From contig CM074817.1 of the NCBI GenBank assembly GCA_037447605.1, positions 682,001 through 746,000 of the forward strand: 64,000 nt of DNA. The letters are read 5' to 3'. Source of the stretch: Zygnema circumcarinatum SAG 698-1b. Taxonomy: Eukaryota; Plantae; Zygnematophyceae. The notes below the pieces were generated by a model. It saw only the letters and a list, made by a program, of their open reading frames with translations, ran no database searches and was not told the origin of the DNA. The position numbers and the translations under genes are program-made. Positions 46,204 to 57,441 of the stretch are shown here, in pieces (the stretch's first letter is position 1; every line of letters begins with the position of its first letter).

Positions 46204-49200
46204 ATGAAGCTCTCTCCAAAGGAGTTGGAGAAACTCCGTCTCCATCAGGCGGGCGTTCTCGCTCAAAAACGACTCGCTCGCGGAGTTCAGCTAAATTACT
46301 CCGAAGCAGTTGCTCTTATATCAACACAAGTGAGTGTTGATTAGTTTATAAGTTATCTGAAATGCTTTGGGAAGTTTGCCCTAAGTGGTATCTTTTTGAA
46401 TTCTCAAATCAGGTAAAGTCTTACATGGGACATTTCCCTTTATGTCGGGTTGCAGGAATTTTACTGAGAATGGTTCTCTCTTGCATGGTGTTTGCTGTAG
46501 ACGTCGTGAAATGTAACTGCCGAAATTATAACTGCTGATGGTTTCGTTTCGCAGGTTTTGGAGTTTATAAGAGATGGCAAAAGTGTTGCTGAACTTATGG
46601 ACTTAGGGAAGCAGCTGCTTGGAAGGTACTTAAAGCCCAAAAAGGCCCTTGTTTACTTTGTTCCTTTTAAGAAACAGACTCACTCGTAAAACTTAGTCTT
46701 AAGAGTAGCACCTTTGCTCTGTGAAGCCCACCTGTATTAACCTTCCAAGTTTTCGGAAAATCCATTTTTTGGCTTCGTTAGGTTTGTCATTGTCAATTGT
46801 CAACCAGCCTTTTATATCTATGTCCACAAAACACAGAATGTGCATATTTTTTTGCTGTTTTTTTGGCAGGAGCAATGTGCTGCCCGCCGTACACTCCCTC
46901 CTGCACGTGGTGCAGGTGGAGGGGACTTTTCCGGATGGGACAAAACTGGTCACCATTCACCATCCCATTTCTCGCGAATCCGGAGACCTCAGCCTCGCAC
47001 TTTACGGCTCTTTCCTGCCAAGTACAATACCTCTGCTTAAAAAACCAACAGAAAAAGAAAAGAAGAGAGATTTTTAATCAGATTTAATCTGTTTCTGGAT
47101 GCACAGCCGTTCACCCTCCTGCGTTTTTTTTTTTTCGTTTTTTTTTCTTGTCGTTGCAGTTCCCACTGCAACCGTTCCTTCCTCTTCAACGGAGCAAGTT
47201 AGCGCAGGCTCTATCATTACTCCGGCAAGTTCTATTGTGCTCAACAAGGGCCGGAGAGCGGTCAGACTCACAGTCTCTAATAAGTGCGATCGTCCCATTC
47301 AGGTAAAGGCTCCAAGAAGTTAACCCAATACGTTCTTTCTTTGGAGATAAACGGCTGAGAGTAAAAGAGGAAGTGAAGCTTTGGAAAGGCAGTTTCAAAA
47401 GCAACTAGCAGTTTACAGAATAGAGAGATTTTTTCCTCATTCAGCAATCTGTTGCCTCTCCTCCTCTCACAACCACTCATTACCAACCCTAAAGGCAACT
47501 CGACATTGTTCATTACGCAGATTGGCAGCCATTACCACTTTGTGGAGACCAACCCCTACCTTGTTTTCGACCGGGCATTGGCCTACGGCCTACGCCTTAA
47601 CATTCTTGCAGGCACTGCTGTCCGCTTTGAGGTCAGCTCTCCCCGGACTCTCTCCCATACCTTCTCACACTTCTTCCAGTGAGTATGTCTTTTGACCTGC
47701 GCTCAATCCAACATACTTCTGCAACGGTGCACGGAATAAGCCCACTTCCCTACTTTTCTGCTGATGCTAGAATCCCTAGAATGTCTCATTTTTTTCTTTT
47801 TCTGATGTTATTATTTTATGGGTCTGCAGCCCGGTGATTCGAAAACCGTAGTGCTGGTGGAGATTGGAGGAAAGAAGGTGATCCGGGGAGGAAACAGCCT
47901 TGCAGATGGGCCAGTTTCAGCTGAAGCAATTCCTGCTCTTATGGAAAAGCTTTTGGCAGCCAATTTCGGGCACATATCGCAAGCCAATGCTTTGTGAGTC
48001 TATCCTTTTACAGGTCATCCCTTACATTTTTGAAAGCTATTAATTCATTTTTCCTGCTCCGGAGGACTCTGTCTCAATCGATATGATACCGATTGCGAAA
48101 CTCTTGAAACTGATTCACATTAAGGTTGTCTATGCAGAGAGGGAGTGGTAGGAGAGGTGGCTGCTCTGACTACCACAGTAGAAAGAGAGCAGTATGCTGC
48201 TGTGTTCGGGCCCACAGTGGGAGATAAGGTGCAGTTGGGAGACACGCAGCTGATGGCAGAGGTGGAACGGGACTTCACTGTGTATGGAGACGAGTGCAAG
48301 TTCGGAGGGGGCAAAGTCCTGCGAGAGGGCATGGGCCAGGTGGGATGCAATCAATATAAGAAACCCTAAATCCGTTCTACAACAGATCCATACTCACACC
48401 GCTTCTGCAGAGCCATAAGTTCAAATTTGACCAATCACAGAATAGGTTTGCCCTCTTCACAACAATAGGTCAGATGATATCTTTGGAAGCAATTTTTTCA
48501 TACAATTCAACAGTGATCGGTACAAATCACTTATCTGAAGCCGCCCAAACAGGATCGCCCTATTGTTAGGTCCATTTGCTGGACCAACTATGATGATACA
48601 AATGGTTGTTGGTTTGCAACATTCAAAGACTGAAACTGTGATTGTTGTGATTGTGATTGTTGTGATTGGCAGGCGGCGGGAGTCGGCGCAGCGGATGTTT
48701 TGGACACAGTGATCACGAATGCGCTCATAATTGACTACACAGGAATCTACAAAGCGGACATCGGCATCAAGGGCTGCCTCATTGCTGGTCTCGGAAAGGC
48801 CGGCAATCCGGATGTCATGGATGGGGTTACGCCCGGCATGGTGGTTGGGGTATGCCTTCTTTCCTGCATTCTCCAATTTGCAAATTGTTTTGTTAAAGAT
48901 TTGCTTAAAAAGTGTTGCAAATTTACAAAAAGTTGTAATTCTGCAAGCGCAAAACATGCAAATTGCAGGCATTGCAAATTAAAGTTAGCAGCTATTTCAG
49001 ACAGTGGCGGGAAGTGATAGAAGCTGTGGAAGGTAGTACGTCTGGGAATTGAGGTTATGATTTCTGCATCTAGAACTATGAATGCAGCGTATGTTTTGCT
49101 TGGTGTTGCTCCTTAGGTGCCACATGATGTCTTATTTTTTATTTTCTTGAATACTGTTTGGGCAGGTGAACACTGAAGTGATCGCGGGAGAAGGTCTGAT

Positions 49201-52200
49201 CATAACTGCGGGAGGGGTGGATACTCACATTCATTTCATTTGCCCTCAGCTCGCAGACGAGGCCATTTGCGGAGGTATCTCTCTCTCTCTCTCCTTCCTC
49301 TTTTCCTTTTGTTGTGCATGTGACTCAACAACTCAAAGCCTACATATACAAGCTATGTATATACAGCCTTTTTCTCACAACTTATGGTTTTTTGAGCTCG
49401 CTGTGGACCCCTTTCCCTCGTTTACGATATTCGCAAATTCACTCTGATTCACTTCAAATTCTGAAAAGAACCCATTTCATGATCCTTGTTTGCGGTTTCT
49501 GGTTGTTCGTTTGTTGTGTTCTATGCAGGTCTGACAACGCTGGTTGGAGGAGGCACCGGCCCCGCCCACGGCACTATGGCCACCACCTGCACTCCCTCGC
49601 CCGATCACATGAAGTTCATGCTGCAGGCAACAGACGATATGCCTCTCAATATTGGGTTTACTGGCAAGGTATGCTGTTTCTAATCAGAAAGCCTTTAAAG
49701 AAAAAAGGGAAGGGGGGGGGGGAGGGGAGAAAGAATCTTCGCAATAAAACTGATCTCCCAAAGGTGACTCGTTTTGCTGTTTCGTATATCCCTTTCCTTC
49801 GGTTCTGAGAGAGACAGTGCATCAAATTGAGCAGTCCCAAGATATACAGAGTGCAGAAGTAGTACTAGTTACAGAGCTTTAGGTTTTGCAGATCCATGAC
49901 GAGGTGTAACGAGCTGTGTATATGCGAGAAATTTGCAATTTTCTTTTTTCTTTTTTCGTTTTTTTCTTGGAGCAGGGAAATACGTCGAAGCCAGAGGGGC
50001 TCGGCGAAGTGATCATTAGCGGAGCCATTGGGCTGAAGCTGCATGAAGATTGGGGGACCACACCCGCGGCTATCGACAACTGCCTCAGTATCGCTGATCA
50101 GTTCGATATTCAGGTCAATATCTTGCTGCAAAAGTTTGAAAGCTTGTTCTATTTCACGACTAACAGTAAACCACAAAGTCGTAACTTCAAAACAGCTTAC
50201 CTCAGAAATCCAAGCACCAAAACCAAATGTTGATGGGTTTGAAAAGTATCTCCTTCTGTTGGGTTATGCAGGTCACTATTCACACCGACACTCTGAACGA
50301 GTCGGCCTGTGTGGAGCACACTATCGCCGCCTTTAAAGGCCGTACGATTCACACGTATCACAGGTAGCCGCCTTTTCCCACACAAAAGTATGCCTTTCAT
50401 TCCGTCCCTTTGATTCCCATTTTTCGCCCATGGGGTCCTTGAGTAGTTGATTGAATGTTTGAATTTCCGGCGGGCGAACAGTGAGGGTGCAGGAGGAGGG
50501 CACGCCCCTGACATTATCAAGATATGCAGCGAGCCCAATGTGCTGCCGTCCTCCACAAATCCGACTCGCCCCTTTACAAAAAACACCATCGATGAGCATC
50601 TTGACATGCTGGTGGGGGACATTTCCCCCCCCATGCCTCCTTTCTTTACTCTGCATCCCTTACTTTTGCATGCAAATAGCGGATCTTTTGCAACCGGTTT
50701 TTTTTTTTTTGGTCAACATGGCTAGATGTAATTTAAGGGCGGTTTTTGGGGTACCCTATGTGAATTCATGCTTGATGCCCCATCTTGCAGATGCAAGGTA
50801 GTGAGTCTTTCCTGATTTGTAACGTTTTAAAGCATTTTTTTTTTCGCATGGTTTTAGATGGTCTGCCACCACTTAGACTCCGAGAACAAGGAGGATGTTG
50901 CTTTTGCGGAATCACGAATTCGCGCGGAAACCATCCGAGCCGAGGACATTCTGCATGACATGGGGGCCATCAGCATGATGTCATCCGACTCGCAGGCGAT
51001 GGGCCGCATAGGCGAAGTAGGAGACTCCTGCTTGTCTTTCTGTGCTCTTGTTTTTAGGTTTCAATTTTGAAAGTTACCATAGACGTTTTGATTTTTTTGT
51101 TTTTCATCCCTGGCATCGCATCAATTGACAGTTAAAACCCTTGGAGTTTCAAGTTTCAAAGCTCCGGAAACGTTGATTATTTCCTGGAGAGCCTCAGGCT
51201 GTGGGGATATTTAGGCCTTAAAATCCCTAAAAGCGGCCAATTCTCGTCCATTTTCTGCGCAGGTGGTGACTCGGACATGGCAGACGGCTCACAAGATGAA
51301 GGTCCAGCGCGGGCCGCTCCTCGAAGATAAAGATGCAGGGAACGATAATTTCCGTATCAAGCGCTATGTGGCAAAATATACGATCAACCCGGCAATAGCA
51401 CATGGATTTGGGCATCTTGTTGGGTCTGTGGAGGTGGGCAAAATCAACCTTATCCTTCGTTCTCTCAATCTTATCACAATTTGGGACTGTCACCTCCCTC
51501 TCGCTCTTCCTCGCCCTCGCCCTCGTCCGACGTATCAAAACTCCTCAATTGGAGAATCTGTGGAAGATCTTCAGACGTTTGTAGGATGGTAGAATCCTCC
51601 ACATGTTTGACATGTTTTGCATGTTTGGAAGGTCTGATGTCTCAAAAGGTTACATGGTTTGTTGGTTTTTGGGGGAAAACCAGGTTGGAAAGTTAGCGGA
51701 TTTGGTGCTATGGCAGCCCGGATTCTTTGGGGCAAAGCCGGAAATTGTGATGAAGGGAGGAGTCATATCGTGGGCCCAAATGGGAGACGCCAATGCGAGC
51801 ATTCCTACGCCAGAGCCGGTACATTCTAAAAAGAAAAGAATTCCTGTAACCTAGTGACTCATCATAACAACTCCCAAATTTTGGAAAATTTCTGGTCCTT
51901 CTTGAGAAGAATTTCGGATCCTTGGCTTCAGTTCTGGGGATACTCAAGGTTTCGAAGCGCCTTTGATTGGTTGAAATTACAGTTTTTGACAGGTTTATTG
52001 AAAAGCATTCGGAAGAGAAGCTGAAAGTAGGAGAAGAGAGAATGAACGGAGTTGAAAAATCAACCAAGGGAGAACAGGATGTTTGAAGTGGGTTTTCTGG
52101 CTTTTTTTTGTGGAAAAAGCGCACTTCTGGTAACTTTTTTGGCGGTTTTTGGTGAGATCTGTCGCAGGTTATTATGCGGCCTCAGTTTGGAGCTCTCGGG

Positions 52201-52597
52201 AAAGCTGTGGGCCCTCGCTCCTACGCATTTGTCAGCAAGGTATGAAAATATGCTCCTTTACATTTCGAATGATTAAAAAAACCTAAACGCCAAAAACTCT
52301 GAAAGCCCTAAAAAATCTCATTGCAGGAAGCTGTGCATGCAGCTCATGCCACATCCTGCTTGATGCAATGTGCAGGCATGTTTGGATGCCGGAAAAGCGA
52401 CGGAATATGGAATTACTAAAACTGTGGCAGCAATACAGAATGTACGGAAGTTGGGCAAAAAGGACATGAAACTAAATGATGCCATGCCCGCCATTGTGGT
52501 TGATCCGGAAACGTACAAAGTGACGGCGGACGGAGTCGAGCTTGTTTGTGAGCCGGCGGAGCAGCTTCCGCTGACGCAGAACTACTTCCTCTTCTAG
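46204..52597 (+). CDS. URE: Urease (eukaryotic single-chain gamma-beta-alpha fusion), many exons
   Basis: [27 protein letters not shown]..., [22 protein letters not shown]|[96 protein letters not shown], ending [10 protein letters not shown]. The Ni-ligand His, carbamylated Lys and Asp motifs are intact. Confidence 0.98.
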
Positions 52598-52781
52598 TGT
52601 ATTCTGCATAGAGGGGGTTCAGGGTTGGTGGGTTTGTTTGGATTTTTAGGGTTTTGGGAACACGCGGTAGAGGGTGGGGTCAGACTACGGGAGGGAGCAT
52701 ACGCATAACTTCTGGCAGTAGTAGTTGGAGTCAGGTGAAGGCTTGTTTTAATCTTAGGTTTGTTCGGACGTTTTTCTCAAC

Positions 52782-53768
52782 ATGATGGGTGGAGGCAAAA
52801 ACACGGGCGATGTCGGAATTTCACAGTCATTGCCCTCTGATTGGGCCACGTGGCAGCTTCTAGACTCTCTCCTTCCAACGGGAGGCTTTGCGCACTCGTA
52901 CGGACTGGAATCTGCTCTGCAAGCAGGGCTTATAGGGGGCTCAGGGGGACTCGAAAACTTCATCGTCACTGCTTTGGAAAATACAGGGAGCTTGGTCCTT
53001 CCGTTTCTATGTGCAGCTCATCAAAGTGCACAGTTGCATTTAGCGGAACTGCAGCAGGCAGAGCAGCATGGAAACGAAGACTTAGAACAAGGACGACAGC
53101 AAACTGAAAGGGGGAATGCATGGAGTCCTGCAGTTAGGAGATGGGTCGTAACGGATTCAATACTGAACGCAGCTCTGAGCAATCATGTAGCTCGGAGGGC
53201 TTCCACAGCACAGGGAGGTGCTCTTCTGAGGCTTGCTGTCAGTGTATTTCCAGAAGCCTCTTTACTTAAAGATATGCGAATTCGAACTCGAAAAGGAGGA
53301 GATAAAGGAGCAGATAAATTGCAGCATCGTGGAGGGGAAGTGGAGTATAGAAATGACATTATTGCTGGAGAGATAAGTAACAGCTCCAGTAACGGTAAGG
53401 GTGACAGTTCCAGTTCAGTTATGTCGGAAACAAGTGACAGCCTATCCGAGTGCGACACCTGGCCGGTTTCAATGCACCATGCTCCCATATTTGGAACAAT
53501 TTGTGGGACAGTTGGAATTGATGTTTTAGTGACTCAAAGGTCCTACCTCTTCACTGCTCTTCGAGATATGCTCTCTGCAGCCACGCGACTGAATGTGATT
53601 GGTCCGTTGGAATCAGCAACTCTGCAAAGAAAATTGGCTCCTTTGGCCGAGAAAATTTTACTGCAGTCGGCAAATCGGCCAATCTCATCTGCTTATCAAA
53701 TTGCGCCTCTTTTCGACCTCGTGCAAGGAAGCCATGATAGCTTGTTTTCTCGCCTTTTTTCTTCATAG
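52782..53768 (+). CDS. UREF: Urease accessory protein UreF, intronless CDS, 328 aa
   Basis: WQLLDSLLPTGGFAHSYGLESA..., LNAALSNHVARRASTAQGGALLRLA, HHAPIFG, YLFTALRDMLSAATRLNVIGPLE, DLVQGSHDSLFSRLFSS* (plant UreF C-terminus). Confidence 0.95.
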   Translation: MMGGGKNTGDVGISQSLPSDWATWQLLDSLLPTGGFAHSYGLESALQAGLIGGSGGLENFIVTALENTGSLVLPFLCAAHQSAQLHLAELQQAEQHGNEDLEQGRQQTERGNAWSPAVRRWVVTDSILNAALSNHVARRASTAQGGALLRLAVSVFPEASLLKDMRIRTRKGGDKGADKLQHRGGEVEYRNDIIAGEISNSSSNGKGDSSSSVMSETSDSLSECDTWPVSMHHAPIFGTICGTVGIDVLVTQRSYLFTALRDMLSAATRLNVIGPLESATLQRKLAPLAEKILLQSANRPISSAYQIAPLFDLVQGSHDSLFSRLFSS

Positions 53769-53916
53769 TGGGGGCTTTCAGGCGCTACGGAAATTTTAGG
53801 GTTAAACTCCAGTGACTCTTCACGGTACTTGGGTGGGTTTCAAAGTCATTTACAGTTGAGATTTTTCCTTTTTTCTGAATAGAAGTAGCACAGGAATAGG
53901 GTAGCAGGGCAGGAGA

Positions 53917-56417
53917 ATGGAGGACAGCATGAATTCTGCACTGCGGGATGTTCTGGACGGGAAGGCTGAGGGAGAGGAGGTCATGAAAGTGGGAGCCTTA
54001 GAGATGGAGATGGTGAGAGGGAGGACTGTGGCGACACGTGTGATGGGAAAGTACCCATTGAAATTCATGGTACCCTCTAAGGTGAAGGCCCAACTCCTTT
54101 CAATTCTTTTCGTATTTTTATCATAACTTGATTTGATGATTTGCCGAGCTAACGGAATCCTCTGCCTTTGCATGTCTGAGAAGACGGGATATGGATATGT
54201 TCTACGATTTGTAGGGAGATGAGAGAGAGGGAACGGTGGGAATGGGACGAGGGGGAGAGAGAAAGCGAGGGGGTTCTGAAGGGAGGAAAGGTCAGAGGGA
54301 AGGTGGAGGGAAGCGGTAAATGCAAGAGAGTAAGAGCGAGAGAGAGAGAGAGTTATAGCTAGCTAGCTAGCTAGCAGCTGTCATGAAATACAAAGTGCAG
54401 GAAATACCAGTAAATAGGATAGTAATAATAGGTAAATACCATTAAGTACCAGGAAATACACTGTGCTATCCTATAACTCCTTTCTGAAGGGTGCGAGCTA
54501 TTGAATTCAGCAGTTTTTCTGTGTTGTTTTGTTTCAGGTCGCACGTGCGGGAGTGGATGCTGTGTGGGTGTATGTGATAACGTATGGAGGAGGAATTGTG
54601 TCCGGCGACGCTGTCGCCTTCACTCTCACTGTGGGCACAGGCTGCACGGGAGTGCTCACCACACAGGCCTCCACAAAGGTGCGCCAATTCCCTTCCTATT
54701 CCCTTCTCAAGGAAGAGGAAGATGAGAGGGAGTGGAAGGAGGGAGGGAGAAGGTAGACGGGAGGTAGCGAGGCGTGGAGGTCACAGAAAGTGGGATGAAA
54801 GCGTGGGGGGGGGGGTGTTGGGGAGAGGGAGGAGAGATGGAGAGGAGAAACATGTTAGAGAGATAGAGAGGTGGGGAGAGAGAGGCGGAGGGAGGCAGAG
54901 AAGAGGGGAGCACGATGATGAAACGAGTCTATCAAAAGTGTTTCAAGACGGAGCTGATATCTGATGTGATGCGCTCGTCTGAGTGGCTCTCCCTCCCTCC
55001 CTCCTTGGCATTAGGGTTTAGGGGGTAGCAGGGCCTTTCGAACTTAATTTGAGACTCTCAAATTAAGAGAGTCAATCGAGTTTTTTTTGGAGTTACGTAC
55101 GGCATGTTGAACAGACTCACTTCTTTTCTGCATTTGTTAATACCACAGGCTATTCATATTGACCCTTTCTTTGTACTTGATCGCTCCTACCCGTGCCCCC
55201 ACACTCTCTCTCCTGCAGATCTACCACTCCAGTGAGGGAAAAAACGCACAGCAGAGACTAGATGCTGTTGTACGCGACGGAGCCCTGTTGGCAGTTCTAC
55301 CAGACCCTGTCACATGCTTCCGTGATGCGAAATACGTGCAGGATCAGACCTTCAAACTTGCGCCAGGTGGCAGCCTCGTATTGGTCGATTGGCTCACCAG
55401 TGGCCGGCGGGAACGAGATGAAGTTTGGGCCTTCGACTCGTACTTGAGCTCGAACAGTGTCCTTGTAGAGGGCCGGCCTCCTCTCCTCTTGGATAAGGTG
55501 AGAGATTTTGCCTCTAATTGAAAACCATAAAGTCCTGAAAAGCCTAAGGGTTTCGTTCTCTTTTTGAGCTTCTAAGAACTGACTCTTTCTCTCTCTCTCC
55601 CTCTCTGTTGAACAGGTCAACCTCAGTACAAATGGCGCCTCCTCCGTAGCAGAGCGCATGTGTGGGCTGCATGTGGTTGGCCTTGTGGTGCTCTGCGGGT
55701 GAGTGATAGGGAGAGAAAGGTACCCTAATCTAACGCTGAATCTTCACAATGCTGAACCCTGATAACATGGAAACTAAACTTTGAAGCCCTACAATTGCTT
55801 TGAAACCCTAAAGTCTTGTCACGTGCATGCAGGCCGCGAGTGAAGGACACGTGGAAGAGTATGGAGGCTGCAGCCAATGGCGTGGCTCGAGCCTCTCTGG
55901 GGAGAGGGAGATCCCGGGGACAGATGGCACGCACAACCTCGGAAGCTTCTGAGAAGGATCCGGTTGAAGGGAGACTGTGGGCCTCGTGCAGCGTGATTGG
56001 GACCACGGTGATGTTTCTCAGCCTCTTTAAATCACAGTATTCGTCTCCCTTTCGTTTACTTTATTTTTTTCTGTTTTCGTTGTATATGTTGCATCTTGGC
56101 AGGCGATTCGTCGTGTTTACCCTGCAGCACGTTTCTCCCAAAACCTGGCTGTCCATGTAGAGCCCTAGCAGAAGCCTGATCCAAAGAGCCAACGCTTTTT
56201 GGAAGAATGAACGATCTCGACTGTACTTTTACCTCTATGGCGATGTGAAACAGCACTGAAACTGAAACTGACGTATGAACTTTGAAACCTGCAGGGAGAG
56301 GCCCTTCTTGTGCGTCTGGCAGCCGCCACGACGGAGACGGTGTACAAATTTCTGAGAGCTCATCTTGCTCCATTGTCTTCCCAGTTGGGCGCTGAACCTT
56401 ATGCTTCATTAGGCTAA
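53917..56417 (+). CDS. URED: Urease accessory protein UreD, 6 exons
   Basis: KYPLKFMVPSK | VARAGVDAVWVYVITYGGGIVSGD...LTTQASTK | IYHS...LAVLPDPVTCFRDAKYVQDQTF...VLVDWLTSGR...W.F..Y.S | ... | GEALLVRLAAATTETVYKFLRAHL...GAEPYASLG*. Plant UreD motifs. Confidence 0.93.
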
Positions 56418-57441
56418 AACATACCCCCCCCTCAATGGTAAAGACAGTCCGGCCTGTTGCATAATGCACGACAAACCGGTTTTTTTAGGGTTTTTAGGGT
56501 TTTCTCATCTACACATGTGCTTGCTGCAGAAAAGTTACTGACTTTGTGTGAAGGTTTTGGGTCATGAAATAATGGAGACGGGACCGTGGTTTTAGGAGTG
56601 AGACCTTGCTTTAAGGTATCATCAACTGAACATGTGATGGTGCGGACGAGCACGGAACTGGCCTTTTTTTGATTTGGACTCTCTGTGAACTGCGACTGAT
56701 ACACGCCGCCTTTTGATCTTGTTCTTTATTCTGCTTCCTCTCCTTGCTCGTTCAGCCATTTGCCTTTGGCCATTCGGTCGCCCGGCCGTTAGGGCGTTGT
56801 GGACTTAAAAATCGTCATCAGTACTCAAAGGGGAAACTTCCGACAATCTGATACCAAAATGCATACTCAGGACACATAGCGATCAGCCTGCAAAAGAGTA
56901 CTTCCCACAAACAATCTTTAGTACTACTGAAGACTAATCCTCCATTCGATTTTGAGAAGTCTGGCATGCCCTATTGTGAGGTTTCTAAGTTTACTTTTTG
57001 TGTTTTAGTTTCTATTTTTTTTTCTTTTTCATCAGCCTTTGCTCAGGCATACCTTGCAGTTGAAGAACTTTAAAAAATCGTCGATGCTAGCCTTGAACGG
57101 AGCGACATGCGTGAATTGAGGTCGGTATTGCCGATACGAAATCGCCGTACCGTATCGTATCGTATTGTACATGCCAATACTGTTGGTGAGCGGATCGCCG
57201 ACAAACCGGTGCCTATCTGCCAGCGCAGCAAAGTGTGACACGTGGCCCAGTCAGTTTGTCCCAAATTTACAACGCTGCCCTATTACCGAACTTTTCACTG
57301 TCAGTTGCACATGGAGCCTGCCTCCCCTGTCCCCGTCAGCAGCTGACCTGTCAGATCCGATGCTACGTCACGCGGTCGGCGAGCCCAGCAGGGCCGTGGG
57401 AGAGGTGACAATTTGGGGAGGGAGAGAGGAAGGCCCAGGCC

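Noticed and set aside
46204-56417. Bacterial contamination explaining the urease operon and GH26/GT2
   Set aside because: The genes have many GT-AG introns, urease is the fused eukaryotic form, and UreF/UreD have plant-type motifs.
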